Part shown: positions 24,377 to 37,400 of the stretch, in pieces
How positions within the stretch are numbered: position 1 is the stretch's first letter
Layout of the letters: each line of letters opens with the position of its first letter
Source of the DNA: Podarcis melisellensis
Taxonomy: Eukaryota
DNA length: 64,000 nucleotides
Assembly: GCA_964234715.1 (NCBI GenBank)
Contig: OZ174281.1
Strand: one strand, 5' to 3'
Program-made: the position numbers and the translations under genes
The notes under the pieces: model-generated
The model's database searches: none
Told to the model about the DNA's origin: nothing
What the model saw: only the letters and a program-made list of their open reading frames with translations

Positions 24377-27300
24377 CCACAGAGGAGTAGATCTGCTTTA
24401 TTTATCTTTCATGCAAGTTATTTAAGGAAGCATGTGGTGTCTTAGTTCAGTTTTTTTCTTCACCTTTTCTATAAACCAAAAAGTGAGACACTTTGACTTC
24501 ATTTGATTAAGGAGAAACTTATTCCGTAGCTTTGGGATTTTGTATTGCTATCAGTGACAGTATAGCTGGTGCCAAAGTCTAGATAAAAACCTTACCTTAA
24601 AAGAAATGTCTGAGCCCCTTTTTCTTGACCCCAGTCCAGCACCCTTTCCAGCCACTTCCTTCATTCTTAATGAATTGTACATGTCATGCTGTAGTGGGTC
24701 GTGGTCAATATTTGTTTAAATAGTTTTTATTTACTTATATATATTTTTAGGTCTTATTTTGTGTTTCATTTGTGTATTCCTTATTTATTGTAAGCTGCCG
24801 AGAGAACTTCATTACAAATGTTATACATACATAAATAAATGAATGCTGTAAATTGAAGATTTTATATTTCAGTGAACCACATATATAGTAGGGAGAGCCT
24901 TGTAATTAAATTCTTTTCAAGGTGCAAGAAGCATTCTGTTTACCAGTTGCATTTTTTTTAGTATATGGATTCCATCTGTGTTTCTTTCTAGATATTTGGT
25001 CTTCCCTGTAGTATTCATGGTTGTCAAAAAGTGGCCTTTTGGAGCTTCATAGAGAGGTGAGAGTTCAGAAGAAGAGAGAGAGACTTCCATGACATCCCCC
25101 CTTCCTATTCTACCCTGAATGTATGAAGGAACTTCAGGATATCACTTGCTGCTGGAGTGCAGGAAAAATGGTTCTTTCTCAGAGCTGCTTCTGGAATTAA
25201 GGGTATTAGCTTTCCAGAGGTCTGATAATCTGTGCTGAAGGGGGAGTATAAAAAACAGCTCTCAGTTAAAACGTGTGAGAGGAAAGATTCAGTTCAAAAA
25301 GTGAGACACTAACCTTGATGTTTGGCTTGTATGAAGCCAAAGCATAAGATGGCAATTGCATCTTCGTTGGAATGTAACTTACTCAGGTCAGACATAACAT
25401 TCAACTGTAGCTTAGTGTTATGAAGATGAACATGGGTGAGCTACAGGTTTGTGTTCTCCGTTCTCGTTCACATATGGGGGAGGATGTTTTAAAGCTTCTG
25501 GATGTGGTTTCAGACAAACCACCGTCTTCCATTTCCGCTGAGTGGATGGAACACTGGTTTGTTCAAATCCCAATTGGTTTAATCAAACCAGGATATTACA
25601 CCACATTTTGGTTCTAGAGGCTCATAATTGTGTAAAAGAAAACATTTCAATATGTCCAGCTTTCCCTACCTGACACGCTTTTAACTAATATTATGGATAA
25701 ATATATGAAACTGCCTTATACTGACTGAATCACTGGCCAGTCTCGTCCAGTACTGTCTACTCTGGCTGGCAAAAGTTGTCCAAGGTATATGTTGTTTTCT
25801 CATTCTTTTGCATCTGGCCGTCTTATAGATGCCTTATATTTTGTGTAGTAGTAGAAACTACTGTGCCTATACTGCTGCACTTGTTCTGTTCTTGAAAATT
25901 GATGCTGAGAGGATTTTTGTTCATTCTTCATCCTACTTTCCTGCCCTGACTATATGCATAAGGAGATGTCATTTTATGTTGGGGACTCTTTAGGCTTTGA
26001 AGGAGCTTTGGTCATTATGCCTGAGCAGTGGGGCAGAACTAATAGTTCAATTGTGCTCTAATTTTTATTTTGAACTGTATTGGAACCCAGTTTTCTAAGT
26101 TCTTTTCAAAAGGGCTGAACAGAGCTTGTTGTAGACATGTCCAACTGTTCTTGTTGTGAAACTAGTAGCAGTGAGGTGCACCGAGAACAATGTGTGCATG
26201 CTTCCCATGTATTTGCTGCAGGTGTTAACTTGGTGTCTGTTGCAAGGAATGCCTCCTTTTGCTTCCGTGTGGATTGCTCTCACAGGCAAGCATGGGAGCA
26301 GGACCTCAGACACATATCATAAATTAGGTGTTGGCAGGTTAGAATAATGAGTATGATCCTTCATGTAACCTCTTCCCAAACTGCTGAGGACTTTAAAGAT
26401 CATGACTAGTGCTTTGAAATTAAACCCAGAAATGCACTGACAAACCAGTGCAATATGTTACAACCCCAACCCACCTCCAGACATCAGTTCAACATTTCAA
26501 ACAGCCTTCTGGAGCAAGTAGGTGAAAAAGAGGAGTAGAGTTGTATGTCATCCACATGCTGATGACATTATTGTTAAATTTTGGGGTGGTGTGGTGTTTC
26601 TAGCTGAGATGTGACTGAGAAGCTATTTTAATAGCTCACCGTATTGCTGCTCTATATCACAGGTGACTGCTTAATAAACTGTAACATTATAACTATTCCC
26701 TCTTTTTAAAAAAGAAAGAAAGAATAAAACTTCATGAAAATTAACTTGGATACTGAATGCTAGCCTCATTTAACAAGAATGAAATAAGAAGAAACACACA
26801 GAAACTCAAATCCCACTCTTGGTTCAGGAGAACACATGTAAGTGGAACAGCTACCAAATAAGAATGTTAGCAAAAACTGAATTTATTAGGGCAATTAGAC
26901 CAATCAACATGTCACAAAACATCATACAAGCTTTTGAGTTTTCTGGAAATCTTCACCAGACTATATCAGGTATAGCCAGTGTGGGGCCCTCCACATGTTG
27001 TTGGTCTACAGTTCTCATCCTCTCTGACTACTGGCATGCTGGTTGAGTCTGAGGGGATTTGGAATCCAACAACATATGGATGGGACAGTTGTTGTCGTTT
27101 ATAAACTGTGTTGAAAAATAAAAAGTAACTACCAAACACAAAGCACTGTCTTCCAAGACAGATGCATGTACAGATGTCAAGCCTTGCATGCAGTTATCTC
27201 CTGGATGGGACAGTGTTGGCTATCTTGGGGCTGGATGGCAAACAGAACTGGGAAAGGGGGATTGGCACACTGTTTTGTGGCATTTTGGTTGGCCTAATAA

Positions 27301-28589
27301 GGATGTTGGAATTTACCTAATAGTCCTACATGGCCCTCTTTCAGTTTAATCGGGATGGGGCAACAGAAACAATCCCACCACCTCTGATTTTAGCATGTTA
27401 AGAATTGCCGTCAAAGTAGAATACTCCACATTTACACGTGTTCAAGGCACGCATGACTGTGGCTGTGTGCATTGCCGCGAGCCCGGAAGTGGCAAGGAAA
27501 GGGGCAAAAACAGGCCCCAAAGGGCATGAAAATGGCAGAAAAACAGCATCTAGCAATCCCCCAAGCCTTTGCAACTGCAATCCCAGGAGCCCTTGCACTG
27601 ACATTTGAGGCCTGTGGAGAGTTGGAGTTTGATGGAGGAGGTTTGGAGGGTGTTTGCAGACTTTTTCTATGGTGTTCCCAATATACAAATTTACTTAAAT
27701 GTGTGGTTCCTTGGAATGTAACCCCTGCATCAATGGGGAGCTGCCTGTAGCTGACATCTCCATTTCAGTTATGCAGAGCACAGTTTACAACCACATCCAA
27801 CGTAGTGGCACAGGCAGCCATTTTTGCAATGCTGGCTATGAGCTTGACTATGACTTGCAACAATATTGGCTTAGCAATGGAATTGGTCTTGCTTACTTGT
27901 ACAGTACTTAAATGGAAGCCGATATGCAATACACAAAACAGTATTCTTCGGGGCTAAAGGAGTAATTAAATAATAAAACAGAACACCTGTGTATCTCACA
28001 ACCTGCTTCATGTTAAATAGAAAGCATTTTCACATTCTGGGAGGGACTCATGAGCCCAGGCACATTGTGGGAGAATGCATTTGGCTAGTAAACAAAGCTG
28101 TTTAAATCCAGCAGTTGCTAAAACACTTTCTTGGTATGTGTGTCACTGTGTGAGTGGAAGAGGCAAAATGTATATACCACGTTCTGTGTTGTTTGCTGCA
28201 ATGTGTGTATGTATAAATAGCCAGTTTATCATTGATATTCTGTGTGCCTGTGTGTGCTGAAGGAAACAGAATCTGTTTTCAGTTAACCTTTTGTGGTTGG
28301 AGTATAATATGCACAGAACACCCGTATGTATTGACCTTTGCTGAATGCTAGCTTCAAGACATTTTAAACAATGGCCATACTTGGTGTATAATTTGGGTCA
28401 CCTTTTTTCTTTCATTGTGTGTACGTGTGTCTGTGTTTTGAGGTACCTTTTCCATTTTTCTAGTAATCCTTTCTTGCAGATAAATTTTGAGAATATTTCA
28501 GAACACTTTACAGTACTTAGAAAGTATGAAGTTTGTAATTGGGTTGTCTTTAAATGAAAGATGATTAGAGGTTACATCTCATTGTTTAG

Positions 28590-29300
28590 TGCAGCCCCCT
28601 CCCTCCCCCTCCCCCAATTATTCTTGTTTCATCAGAATAGTTATTTAAAATCAAATATCAGTGTTGGTAGGTACGATGCCAGAGGCATGGATTTAAACTA
28701 AACTGGTTGCAGGAGCGGATCTACAGCTATGACCTGGGTCAGGCTTGATTTGCAGCTTAGTCAGTTTTAGAATCCGCTGTCAGTTTTGTAAACAGGAGTC
28801 TGCTGGCTGAACTGAACAGAAGGGTGAGATTAGCATATTAATAAGGTTGTTGCTAATCGCCTCTCCTCCCTCCCCTCCCCTCTCCCTCCCTTCCTCCTCC
28901 GCCTCTCCTGAATGAATCTAGGAATACAGACGCACACAGTCACATTGCTGGCTGGTTGCATTCTGTTTGGTAGCTTGTCCAGGGAAAAGGATGATCTGTG
29001 CTTTAAATTGTTGAGGCATGCGAAGACTCCGAAACTGAAATGCATTCTTCACGCTGTCGGAATATATTACTAGAGCAGCACTAAGGAATGGGGTGGTGTG
29101 GAGGTGGGTCTTTTCTTGCTTCTACCTTTGCAGCCAAACCTGAAAGACGCTAAATGTGAGGAGGGTTAGTAGTTGATTTTTCCTGCTTGTGACTACGCTC
29201 AAGCGGCTGGCTTCCCAGCCCCCCTGCGGGAGCAAATACTACTGGAGACCTGAATTGGAACATTGTATGCTGGAGCCTGGCGTGATCTCTATACGATTGT
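28590..29300 (+). promoter_or_regulatory. Candidate alternative promoter/5' leader for the PTK2 extended isoform
   Basis: No repeats recognised. Has CT-rich Sp/KLF/MAZ-type tracts (28595-28615, 28861-28908) and modestly more CpG than its flanks, and lies directly upstream of the 29305-29407 coding segment. Confidence 0.4.
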
Positions 29301-29304
29301 GTGT

Positions 29305-29407
29305 ATGTTGTTCTTGGAACTGGCAGGGCAACAGGCCCCGAAACAAGCAGGTGTCATCTATATGGAGAAAAGCGGCTGTAGTCCATTCCCAATATGCTGG
29401 GCTAAAG
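29305..29407 (+). CDS. PTK2: PTK2 alternative upstream coding exon (N-terminal extension MLFLELAGQQAPKQAGVIYMEKSGCSPFPICWAK); 5' boundary of the exon undefined
   Basis: Ends in AAAG|gtacac (phase 1). Splicing to 55248 reads K-E-Y-D-R-Y-L-A-S-S-K-T-M, in frame with FAK. Resembles my recollection of a mammalian FAK isoform N-terminus (MLELAGQEALKPAGAIYMEKSGCSPFPVCWAKEYDRYLASSKIM). Confidence 0.8.
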
Positions 29408-32400
29408 GTACACCAAACTTCAATGTTATATATTTTCTGACTTTTGATTCATGCATCAAAATAAAAGGGGAAATAAGTTGGTTGGGAGAGAAGGACTGGC
29501 ATGAAACTGAAAACACAGTGGCTGTATTCTGGCCATGTAATTTTTATGTGGAAGCAGTCAGCTGTGGTGTTTTACCTGACAACCATAAACATTTTACCCT
29601 CTAAAGGCAGGGAAACAAATGGTATGAGCATTATTGGTTTTGAATAGTCAGTACTTTTCAGTTTTGATGATCTATTTGAAATGGAGAATTCATCTACCTC
29701 AGTTGCCTGCATGTGTTTTTTTTTATTATTATTTAAATCTTTTATCAAATGTTATTCATTATTTTTCAGGATAGATTCTACAAATTACTAATTTCAGTGG
29801 CCAAAACAGGGTGGAAATTTGATGAGTGTGAACAGGATAGAATTTTTATGCAGAACTACTGCATTGGTTACCTTTTTAAAAGCTGTGGTAAACGTGACAG
29901 GGAAGTGCTTTATAGCTGGCACAATCAGACAGGATCTGACTTGAAATTCAGGTTGAGCAATAAACCAGTTCCAAGTATAGAACTCTCCCTACGGGGTGTA
30001 TTTTTAGTGGGTTTTAAAGGCAGCAACATTTTTTGCACCCTTGCCCTTTAGTGCACTGTCATGTAAGGTCTGGGTGCCTGTACTGTACATTTTAAGGTAA
30101 AATTACAAAGGACAAAGTAGCCCTCCCCCCACAAAAAGGTTTAATTTTGTAATGAAAAGTAGTGCAAGATGACCTCTTTCTTTATGGTGGTAGTGATTCA
30201 CCTGAACAGGTCACCTATAGTATCCAGCTGGGCTATGAGCCAACCATTACCCTGCTCCCTGCCAAAGTATTGCAATGCTCAGTTCAGTACATGACCGGAG
30301 GCAGTTCGTGACCGCTACTCTGTGAAGGAAGGTTTTTAATCTGCTGTCACATTATGAGTTGTCAGCTGTGCCATAGCTTATGGTGGAGCACTGAGTCTGG
30401 TTTTAACCTCTGACATCTCCTGTCCAAGATTCTTGGATGGCAGATCTGAGAGACAGCTATCTGAGAACTTGGTTTTCCATTGCCAGTCAGTGTGTCTTAC
30501 TTACCCCCCTTTTCCTCAAAGGAGTTGCATATATTCTCCTTTCCCCCCTCCCCTTGACCTCACAAGGGTGTTGTGAATAATGATTATTATGAGAGATTTG
30601 AATCCAGGCCTCCTGAGTCCTATACCGCACTTGCTCTTATGGGTACCAGATTGTTTTATTATATCAGGGGTAGCCATCCTCCTCTGGTTGTTGGGGATTC
30701 CCATCAGCCTCAGCCAGCATGGTCAGTGTTTATGCAAGTTTGGAGCCCAACGACAGGTGGAGGGTGCCATGTTGGCTTAGATGAACCACTGATTGGACAG
30801 TATATATGGCAGCTTCTTAGATAACTATCTCCAAATTAGTTGTGAAACCTTCTTCCCAGTGAAATATAAGTCCAGAATTCTTGAATAGTTTCCTCTGGAT
30901 ATGTGCAATGTATTTCCTAGGAATTTTCTTTAGAATTCTCCTGCTATGTGCACCTTCATCTTGGTGAGCTGTAAATGTAAAGTAAAGCACAGCATTTCTG
31001 TTACTTTTGGATCCCAACTCAATATTTCCTGTTTTATGAAGGGCATATTTGCTAAGTTAAATAAGGCAATGGCAACTTCCAATTTTGAAGGCACAAATGC
31101 ACTGAATGCTGTTCGCTTATATAAAATTAATGCTACATGTATTTTTGATGAGATTTCTTAAAAATAGTTTCACATAAAGGATACAGTTGGAGCCTTGTGT
31201 CAGGCTTACATTAGAATGTGGGCTATTCAGTTAGATTACAGAGGAGTTAGTCCCTTAGTTGCTTTTATATTCCTCATCTGTTGAATAAAACTCAAGGGTA
31301 AAGATGCTGCTCTTCATGTCTGTTATGTCTAGTTTAATATCAAACCTCCTAAATTTTATCAGTACTGGATACTTCAGGGATAATATCCAGGAAGCCATAG
31401 GATACTTGCAGAGTTACATAACTCTCATAGGCACTTTGCAAGTTATAGAAATCAGATACCCTGAAGCCAGAGTGCATTGATGGACCTAGACACTGTTTAG
31501 GATAAGAAGAATATCGATAAGTAGTCCTATTCTTTACTATCATTGTGATCTCATTTCAGAGTAACTTTATAACTGTTACTCAGCTTTATAATTGAAACAG
31601 TGGACATGGTTAACTTCAAGCCATTTTGTCCAGCTGTTGCTGGACAATGTATGTGTTGGGGAGGGGGACGGGATGACATACACACATACAAGCTCTCTGT
31701 TTGAACTCTCCATGTGTCTTACCCATCCTTTAATTGATGCACTGTTCAGCTGACATCCAGTTACTCCTTACTATCCACTATCCATGTTTGTGGATCTAGA
31801 CATACCTTATGACTCCGTACACCTGCTGACGTCTTATAAGTAAGAAGAAAATTAGATTTTCTACTTCAGTGTGCATGGAAGTATTTATTGGGCAATTTTT
31901 ACCTCTTTACAATATGTTGGGCAGGGATCTACGTTTTTTGATTGCTATTGCTAGTCAAACAAAAATTTATGGCCACCAGCTTGTTTCCAGTTGGCTGGAG
32001 GCAAGCACTTTTGCCCAACAGCCAAGAATTCCCCCTAAACTTACTGGAGGGGAAGGTAGATAAGAAGCATTCCAGATTCGGTTTGACCCCCCCCCCTTCT
32101 GTTACCTGAGGGAAAGATAGGTGGTGAAAATTGCAGGCTTTAGGCAGTGCACAGTGCTGGGGCTCTGAGCTCTAACATTGAGCAGCGGTTGAAAAGGTTT
32201 CCTTTCCCCAGTTGTCTCACAAGCAGAAAAGACTGGGCAAGGAGAGTGAAAGTTTCAGCAATTGCTGGGTAATGGGGCTCAGAGCTTTCCTCTGAACCTT
32301 TGACCTGGGGAGAGGGTGGGAATTAATCCAGGATGAGCCTGAGTCACTTCTCTGCTTCAAAGTAGGAAGAAGGTCTGTTGCTCATTACTCCCACCAGTGG

Positions 32401-32779
32401 GCAATTGCACACTTGTCATGGAGAGCACAGCAAGTATTTGGAGACATGTAACTGGAGGTTTGGAAGGGTGGTACCAGAACTGGGGGAGCTCAGCTGATGT
32501 GTTAGAGGTTGCTCTTCTGGCCTAGAGCTGTTAGTTTCTCAATTCCTCTTCATGAGAACTGGTGCAGTGTACCTCCTTGCTTGCATATATTTCCTCAGGG
32601 TCATTCTTGCTGCCTTGTTCCTGTGGCTAGACTCCAGTTCCCCACCTTTGAAAGTAGAAATGTGTCCTTGGCCTTTAAATGGTTAAGGTTGAATTCACAG
32701 TAGTTCATGGTCTTCTTTATTTTTTTCTGAGGCAGTAATTCTGCCTCTCACTTCCCTTCCATCCAAAATGTAGACAAGT

Positions 32780-33575
32780 GAACATAAGAACTGGAACAGA
32801 TCAAAGGCTCCTCTACTCCATCATTGTGTTGACCAAACAGATGCCTTTGGAAAGTCCACCAGCAAGACATGAGGGCAAGAGCGCTTACCCACTTACGTTC
32901 CCTTGTGGTATTAGTCATCATGACTAGCATCCATTCCTAGCCTTATGCTTCATGAATTTGTCCAAATGCCTTTTAAAGCTGTCCCAAGTTTGTGGCCATT
33001 ACTGCATCTTGTAGAAGTACCGTATTTTTTGCTCCATAAGACTCACTTTTTCCCTCCTAAAAAGTAAGGGGAAATGTGTGTGCGTCTTATGGAGCGAATG
33101 CAGGCTGCGCAGCTATCCCAGAAGCCAGAACAGCAAGAGGGATTGCTACTTTCACTGCGCAGCGATCCCTCTTGCTGTTCTGGCTTCTGAGATTCAGAAT
33201 ATTTTTTTTCTTGTTTCCTCCTCCAAAAACTAGGTGCGTCTTGTGGTCTGGTGCATCTTATAGAGCGAAAAATACGGTAAATTCCAGTGTTTAACTGTAC
33301 ATTGTGTGAAGAAGTGTTTCCTTTGGGCTGTCCTGAAGCATGTAGTTTCACTGAAGCATGTAGTTTCATTAAGTTACTGTGAATTGTGTTTTATGAGTGA
33401 GGGGGGTGGGGAGAACCTCCCCTGAAACACTTACTCCATACCATTTCTAGCATGTTTCCTGCCTCTTTTTCAAACTAAAAAGCACCAAATGCTATAACCT
33501 TTCTGCATAGGGGAACCGCTCAGACCCTAGATAATTTTTGTTTCCCTTTTCTGAATCTTTCCTAACTTTACAATA
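32780..33575 (-). mobile_element. Old CR1-like LINE 3' fragment interrupted by a MITE
   Basis: AACATAAGAA tail and degenerate CR1-like body flanking 33020-33277; boundaries approximate. Confidence 0.55.
33020..33277. mobile_element. Tc2/pogo-like MITE inserted into an old CR1 fragment
   Basis: TA|CCGTATTTTTTGCTCCATAAGA ... TCTTATAGAGCGAAAAATACGG|TA; internal 29-bp hairpin. Confidence 0.85.
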
Positions 33576-33750
33576 GAGGTGTATTGATGAAGGGATATTT
33601 TTAAATTTCTGGTAACTTACAGAGCAGTGGTGGCCAAAGAGATGCCTTGTAGATGGATGCTTCTGGACTGCAACTCACATCATTCCTGGCCATTGGCTAT
33701 GCTGGCTGTGTCTGATGGGAGTTGGATTTGGATGTGGGTAAGAAACGACT

Positions 33751-34196
33751 GTTGTTGTTGTTTAGTCGTTTAGTTGTGTCCGATTCTTTGTGACCCCATG
33801 GACCAGAGCAAGCCAGGCACTCCTGTCTTCCCCTGCCTCCCGCAGTTTGGTCAAACTCATGCTGGTAGCTTCGAGAACACTGTCCAACCATCTCATCCTC
33901 TGTTGTCCCCTTCTCCTTGTGCCCTCCATCTTTCCCAGCATCAGGGTCTTTTCCAGGGAGTCTTCTCTTCTCATGAGGTGGCCAAAGTCTTGGAGCCTCA
34001 GCTTTAGGATCTGTCCTTCCAGTGAGCACTCAGGGCTGATTTCAATCAGAATGGATAGGTTTGATCTTCTTGCAGTCCGTGGGACTCTCAAGAGTCTCCT
34101 CCAGCACCAGAATTCAAAGGCATCCATTCTTTGGCGATCAGCCTTCTTTATAGTCCAGTTCTCACTTCCATACATCACTACTGGGAAAACCATAGC
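33751..34196 (-). mobile_element. Bov-B (RTE) LINE 3' fragment
   Basis: ORF ...MYGSENWTIKKADRQRMDAFEFWCWRRLLRVP...HGVTKNRTQLND; (CAA)n tail; TSD AGAAACGACT. Confidence 0.93.
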
Positions 34197-34365
34197 TAGA
34201 AACGACTAGCTTGGAGTAAAACCTGCAAATAATCCCTTACTGGTTTATTATGGCATAAACTGACTTAGACAACAATATACTTCAGCAAATAAATATATTG
34301 CATTGAGCACATATTGCATTCCAAGCACATATCAACACAGGAGAAAAATAACTATTTTAAAGGTG

Positions 34366-34368
<3 letters not shown>

Positions 34369-34402
<34 letters not shown>
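34369..34402. repeat. (TG)n microsatellite
   Basis: Direct reading. Confidence 0.95.
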
Positions 34403-34405
<3 letters not shown>

Positions 34406-37400
34406 ATCATTTCTCAAATAGTCTGTTTTCAGTGTTCCCCAGAGAGAAGATGCAGTGAGAGTTTCTTATTTGCAATTGAATAGCGACTAGTCTTTATCTG
34501 ATAAATATGCATGCAGTGCTTGTGGGCTTAACCTTAGGGAACAAAACTGGATCTGGCCAGCTCCGATAATAGAGATTGTTAAATAGCTGCATATGGAAGC
34601 AAGGTAGTAAAACAATAACAAATTTGAATAATAACATTCTTAACTGTTGTAAAATTAAGTATGCTATTAACCATCTCCTGTCACTACGAGCCACAGACCA
34701 TACAGTTATGTGTGTCAGCTACTGCCTAAGAAACATTGTTTGAAAATCTGCTTATCTTTATCTTCCTCATGTTGACAGTGGCATTTCTTCTTCTTGAAAA
34801 GAACCCTGTGCAAAAGAACCCTGTGTGAATTCAGGGACTCTGTACAATTCTTCTCACTTTCTCTCTTGCTTTTAAAAACGGAAAAGCTACTATCTTCTCA
34901 GTAACCTGATTGTAATTAGTACTCTGGGGCTTATGTGGCTGGTACATTGTTGCTATAATCGGCTAAGCAATCCTTCCTTTTCTGTACAAAATAACCATAA
35001 CAGTGTTGCCAAATTCAACTTTTTCACACCAGTATAGCCTCATGCAACTTTACACTAAAGCAGCCTTTTTCTGTTGAGAGCTGCTCTGGAATCAAGACAC
35101 CTTTCTGATTTACTTATTGTGTTCAGAGTAGAGTGCCTTATATTAGTTCCTGATGGTGGTTATAACTGACTTGGACCTGTGAAAGACGCAGGTTCAAATA
35201 CTTGATAAGAGATGAAGTTGCTAAGTGTCTCTCAGCATGCTAGCTTCTTTTAAATCTCACTTTTCACTTATGTAAAATGGAATCACTTATACAGCTATTT
35301 CAGGGATAAGAGAGAACTATTGTAATCTACTTTTGAAAAGTGCTATAGAAATCATCCTGAAGAGATGATCCCACGTAAGAGATGACCTGAAAGTCTTTTG
35401 AGATGTTTGTGAGTGTAGTGTTTTATTACATTACATGCTTGCATATCTGAAAACCCAAGAAAGTGTTTTCATACATAATCTGAGCAGCAGCTAAAGCTTT
35501 CTGTTGACCTTTTCATGTCTGGAATAAATGAATGGACTTCTACCTACAAACCACATTTATATACAAGAATGCTTGTGGAATTACTTTATAATGGAAATAT
35601 TTCAGTCAAATCTGAATAGATTTAGGAGGGATTTAATGGGTAGCCTTAAATAGGGGTTTACCTTTCCAATAAACTGCTTTCTGCATTGCTTTTGGAAACC
35701 AGGGTGAGCTCTTTTTGACTACTTGGAGAGGTGAAGCTCCCTCGAGGGAATTTTTAATGTGATGCCAGGCTGGTTTGCTGTGATGATACGAACCAACTAA
35801 AATATAAATAATTTATGGTCATTCAATGTTTTATCTTCATAGCTCAAGAGTAAATTGGAAAACATGATGGCAAAAGCTGTTGCAGAGAATGTAGCAGTAA
35901 AAATTAACCAAATTTAACCAATACTGGTTAAAATATGTTTTGGGTTTTTTTTAATGAACAATCATTTAGTTCTCAGACTTGAAGGTAATACATTCTTTCA
36001 AAATAAGAATATTTTAAACTAAGTGCATCATTCTTCCCACTGTTATTTTGGCACCTGCCGCTTCCATTAAAATAAGTAAATGCTTCAATGTGGTTCTGAT
36101 GCTCTAATTTACACAATCATTATCCTGGAGTGACAGCCCCATAATTCACTCCTGATCTGTTTATGTATTCAAGGGGTCGATCAACAGTTGGATTTCAGAA
36201 AAGTTGACCAGTGCCATAACCAATCTTCCTAGCACCATTAATGAGTTTTCACTCATTAATCTGGTTTTCTGGTGCTATCCTGATATTTTGGACTACAGCT
36301 TTTATCAGCTCTGGCCAGGATTTCTTATGCATACTTAAAAGATTTGTATATTTTCATGTTCAGGGGCTGAACATGCTTCACCATGTTAGGCTGTATACAA
36401 GGGGCCAATGAGAAACTGCATGGGTGCCATTCTGTCTGAGCTGCTGTCACACTAAGTTTTTGAGCAAGCAAACATTTGATAATTGAACCTAATTTGGAAT
36501 ACCTATCAATATTAACTATTAACTGACAAGTTCTAGGTAGTCCTAATGCGGAACAAGAGCCCCTCATTGGTTTGGAATTATAATAGTAGTGGATGTCTTA
36601 TATGTGTAGATGCTGAGCATTTAAATGGACAGGGTCCCCCTTCTTTTGGGAGAACCCCCGTGGTTTAGGAAGAGCTTGCTTTTAAAGGAATTGAGCTCTA
36701 GTTCCTCAGAATAAATGGGAAAACTTACTGGATTTGTATGTGCATTTGAAAGAAGCAATGGGCAGAGTAGAGGTGCAGGACTAGGGAATATCAATCACTG
36801 GAAACAGGAATGGGCTTGCACACATGCACATACCTTGGACAAGTGAAAAAGACAGCCTTGCAAGTTTAAACACAGGCTGAAAAGTAAGAGTCTATAACAA
36901 GCTGTTCAGTATCTAAGCAAGATAAGCTAGGAAAGTAATATTCTCTATTTTAATACAGCGGAAGCACAGCAGGGGAAGCTTGGAAGAATAAAAGCTGTTA
37001 TGAACTTCTTTTTTGCCATGAACCAATATATTTGTTGTTGGAAGATTAGTACAAAATTCCTGTAAACTAATACTGATGATCACAGCCCCGCAGTAAAGCA
37101 GAAAAAGGGTGAAGTGCATCAAGAAATTGTACGGATTTGGGAAGTGGGGGAAGGCCAAAAAAAGTGGCTATTCTGGAGGAGACTGACCAACTAATATGTT
37201 AAAAAAGCAAGCAGAAAGCTTTCTGAGGCCAGCTAGATTCCTAGCAAAATGAGAGGGGAACAGATGGAAGAAAAATAGTGTGACATGGAAGGCCTACAGC
37301 TTTATAACAGTCTTAAGATAGATAGCAAGAGATATTTTGCAAGTGGAATAAGATTAGCCTAATTAGGTGGCAGACAAAAATAGAGAGAGAATATTTCAAA

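Noticed and set aside
29408-29604. Remainder of the 113-aa ORF as coding
   Set aside because: Recognisable similarity stops at the donor after WAK; the rest is probably intron.
36230-36277. Small hairpin ATTAATGAGT/ACTCATTAAT
   Set aside because: A 10-bp AT-rich stem; too short to support a claim.
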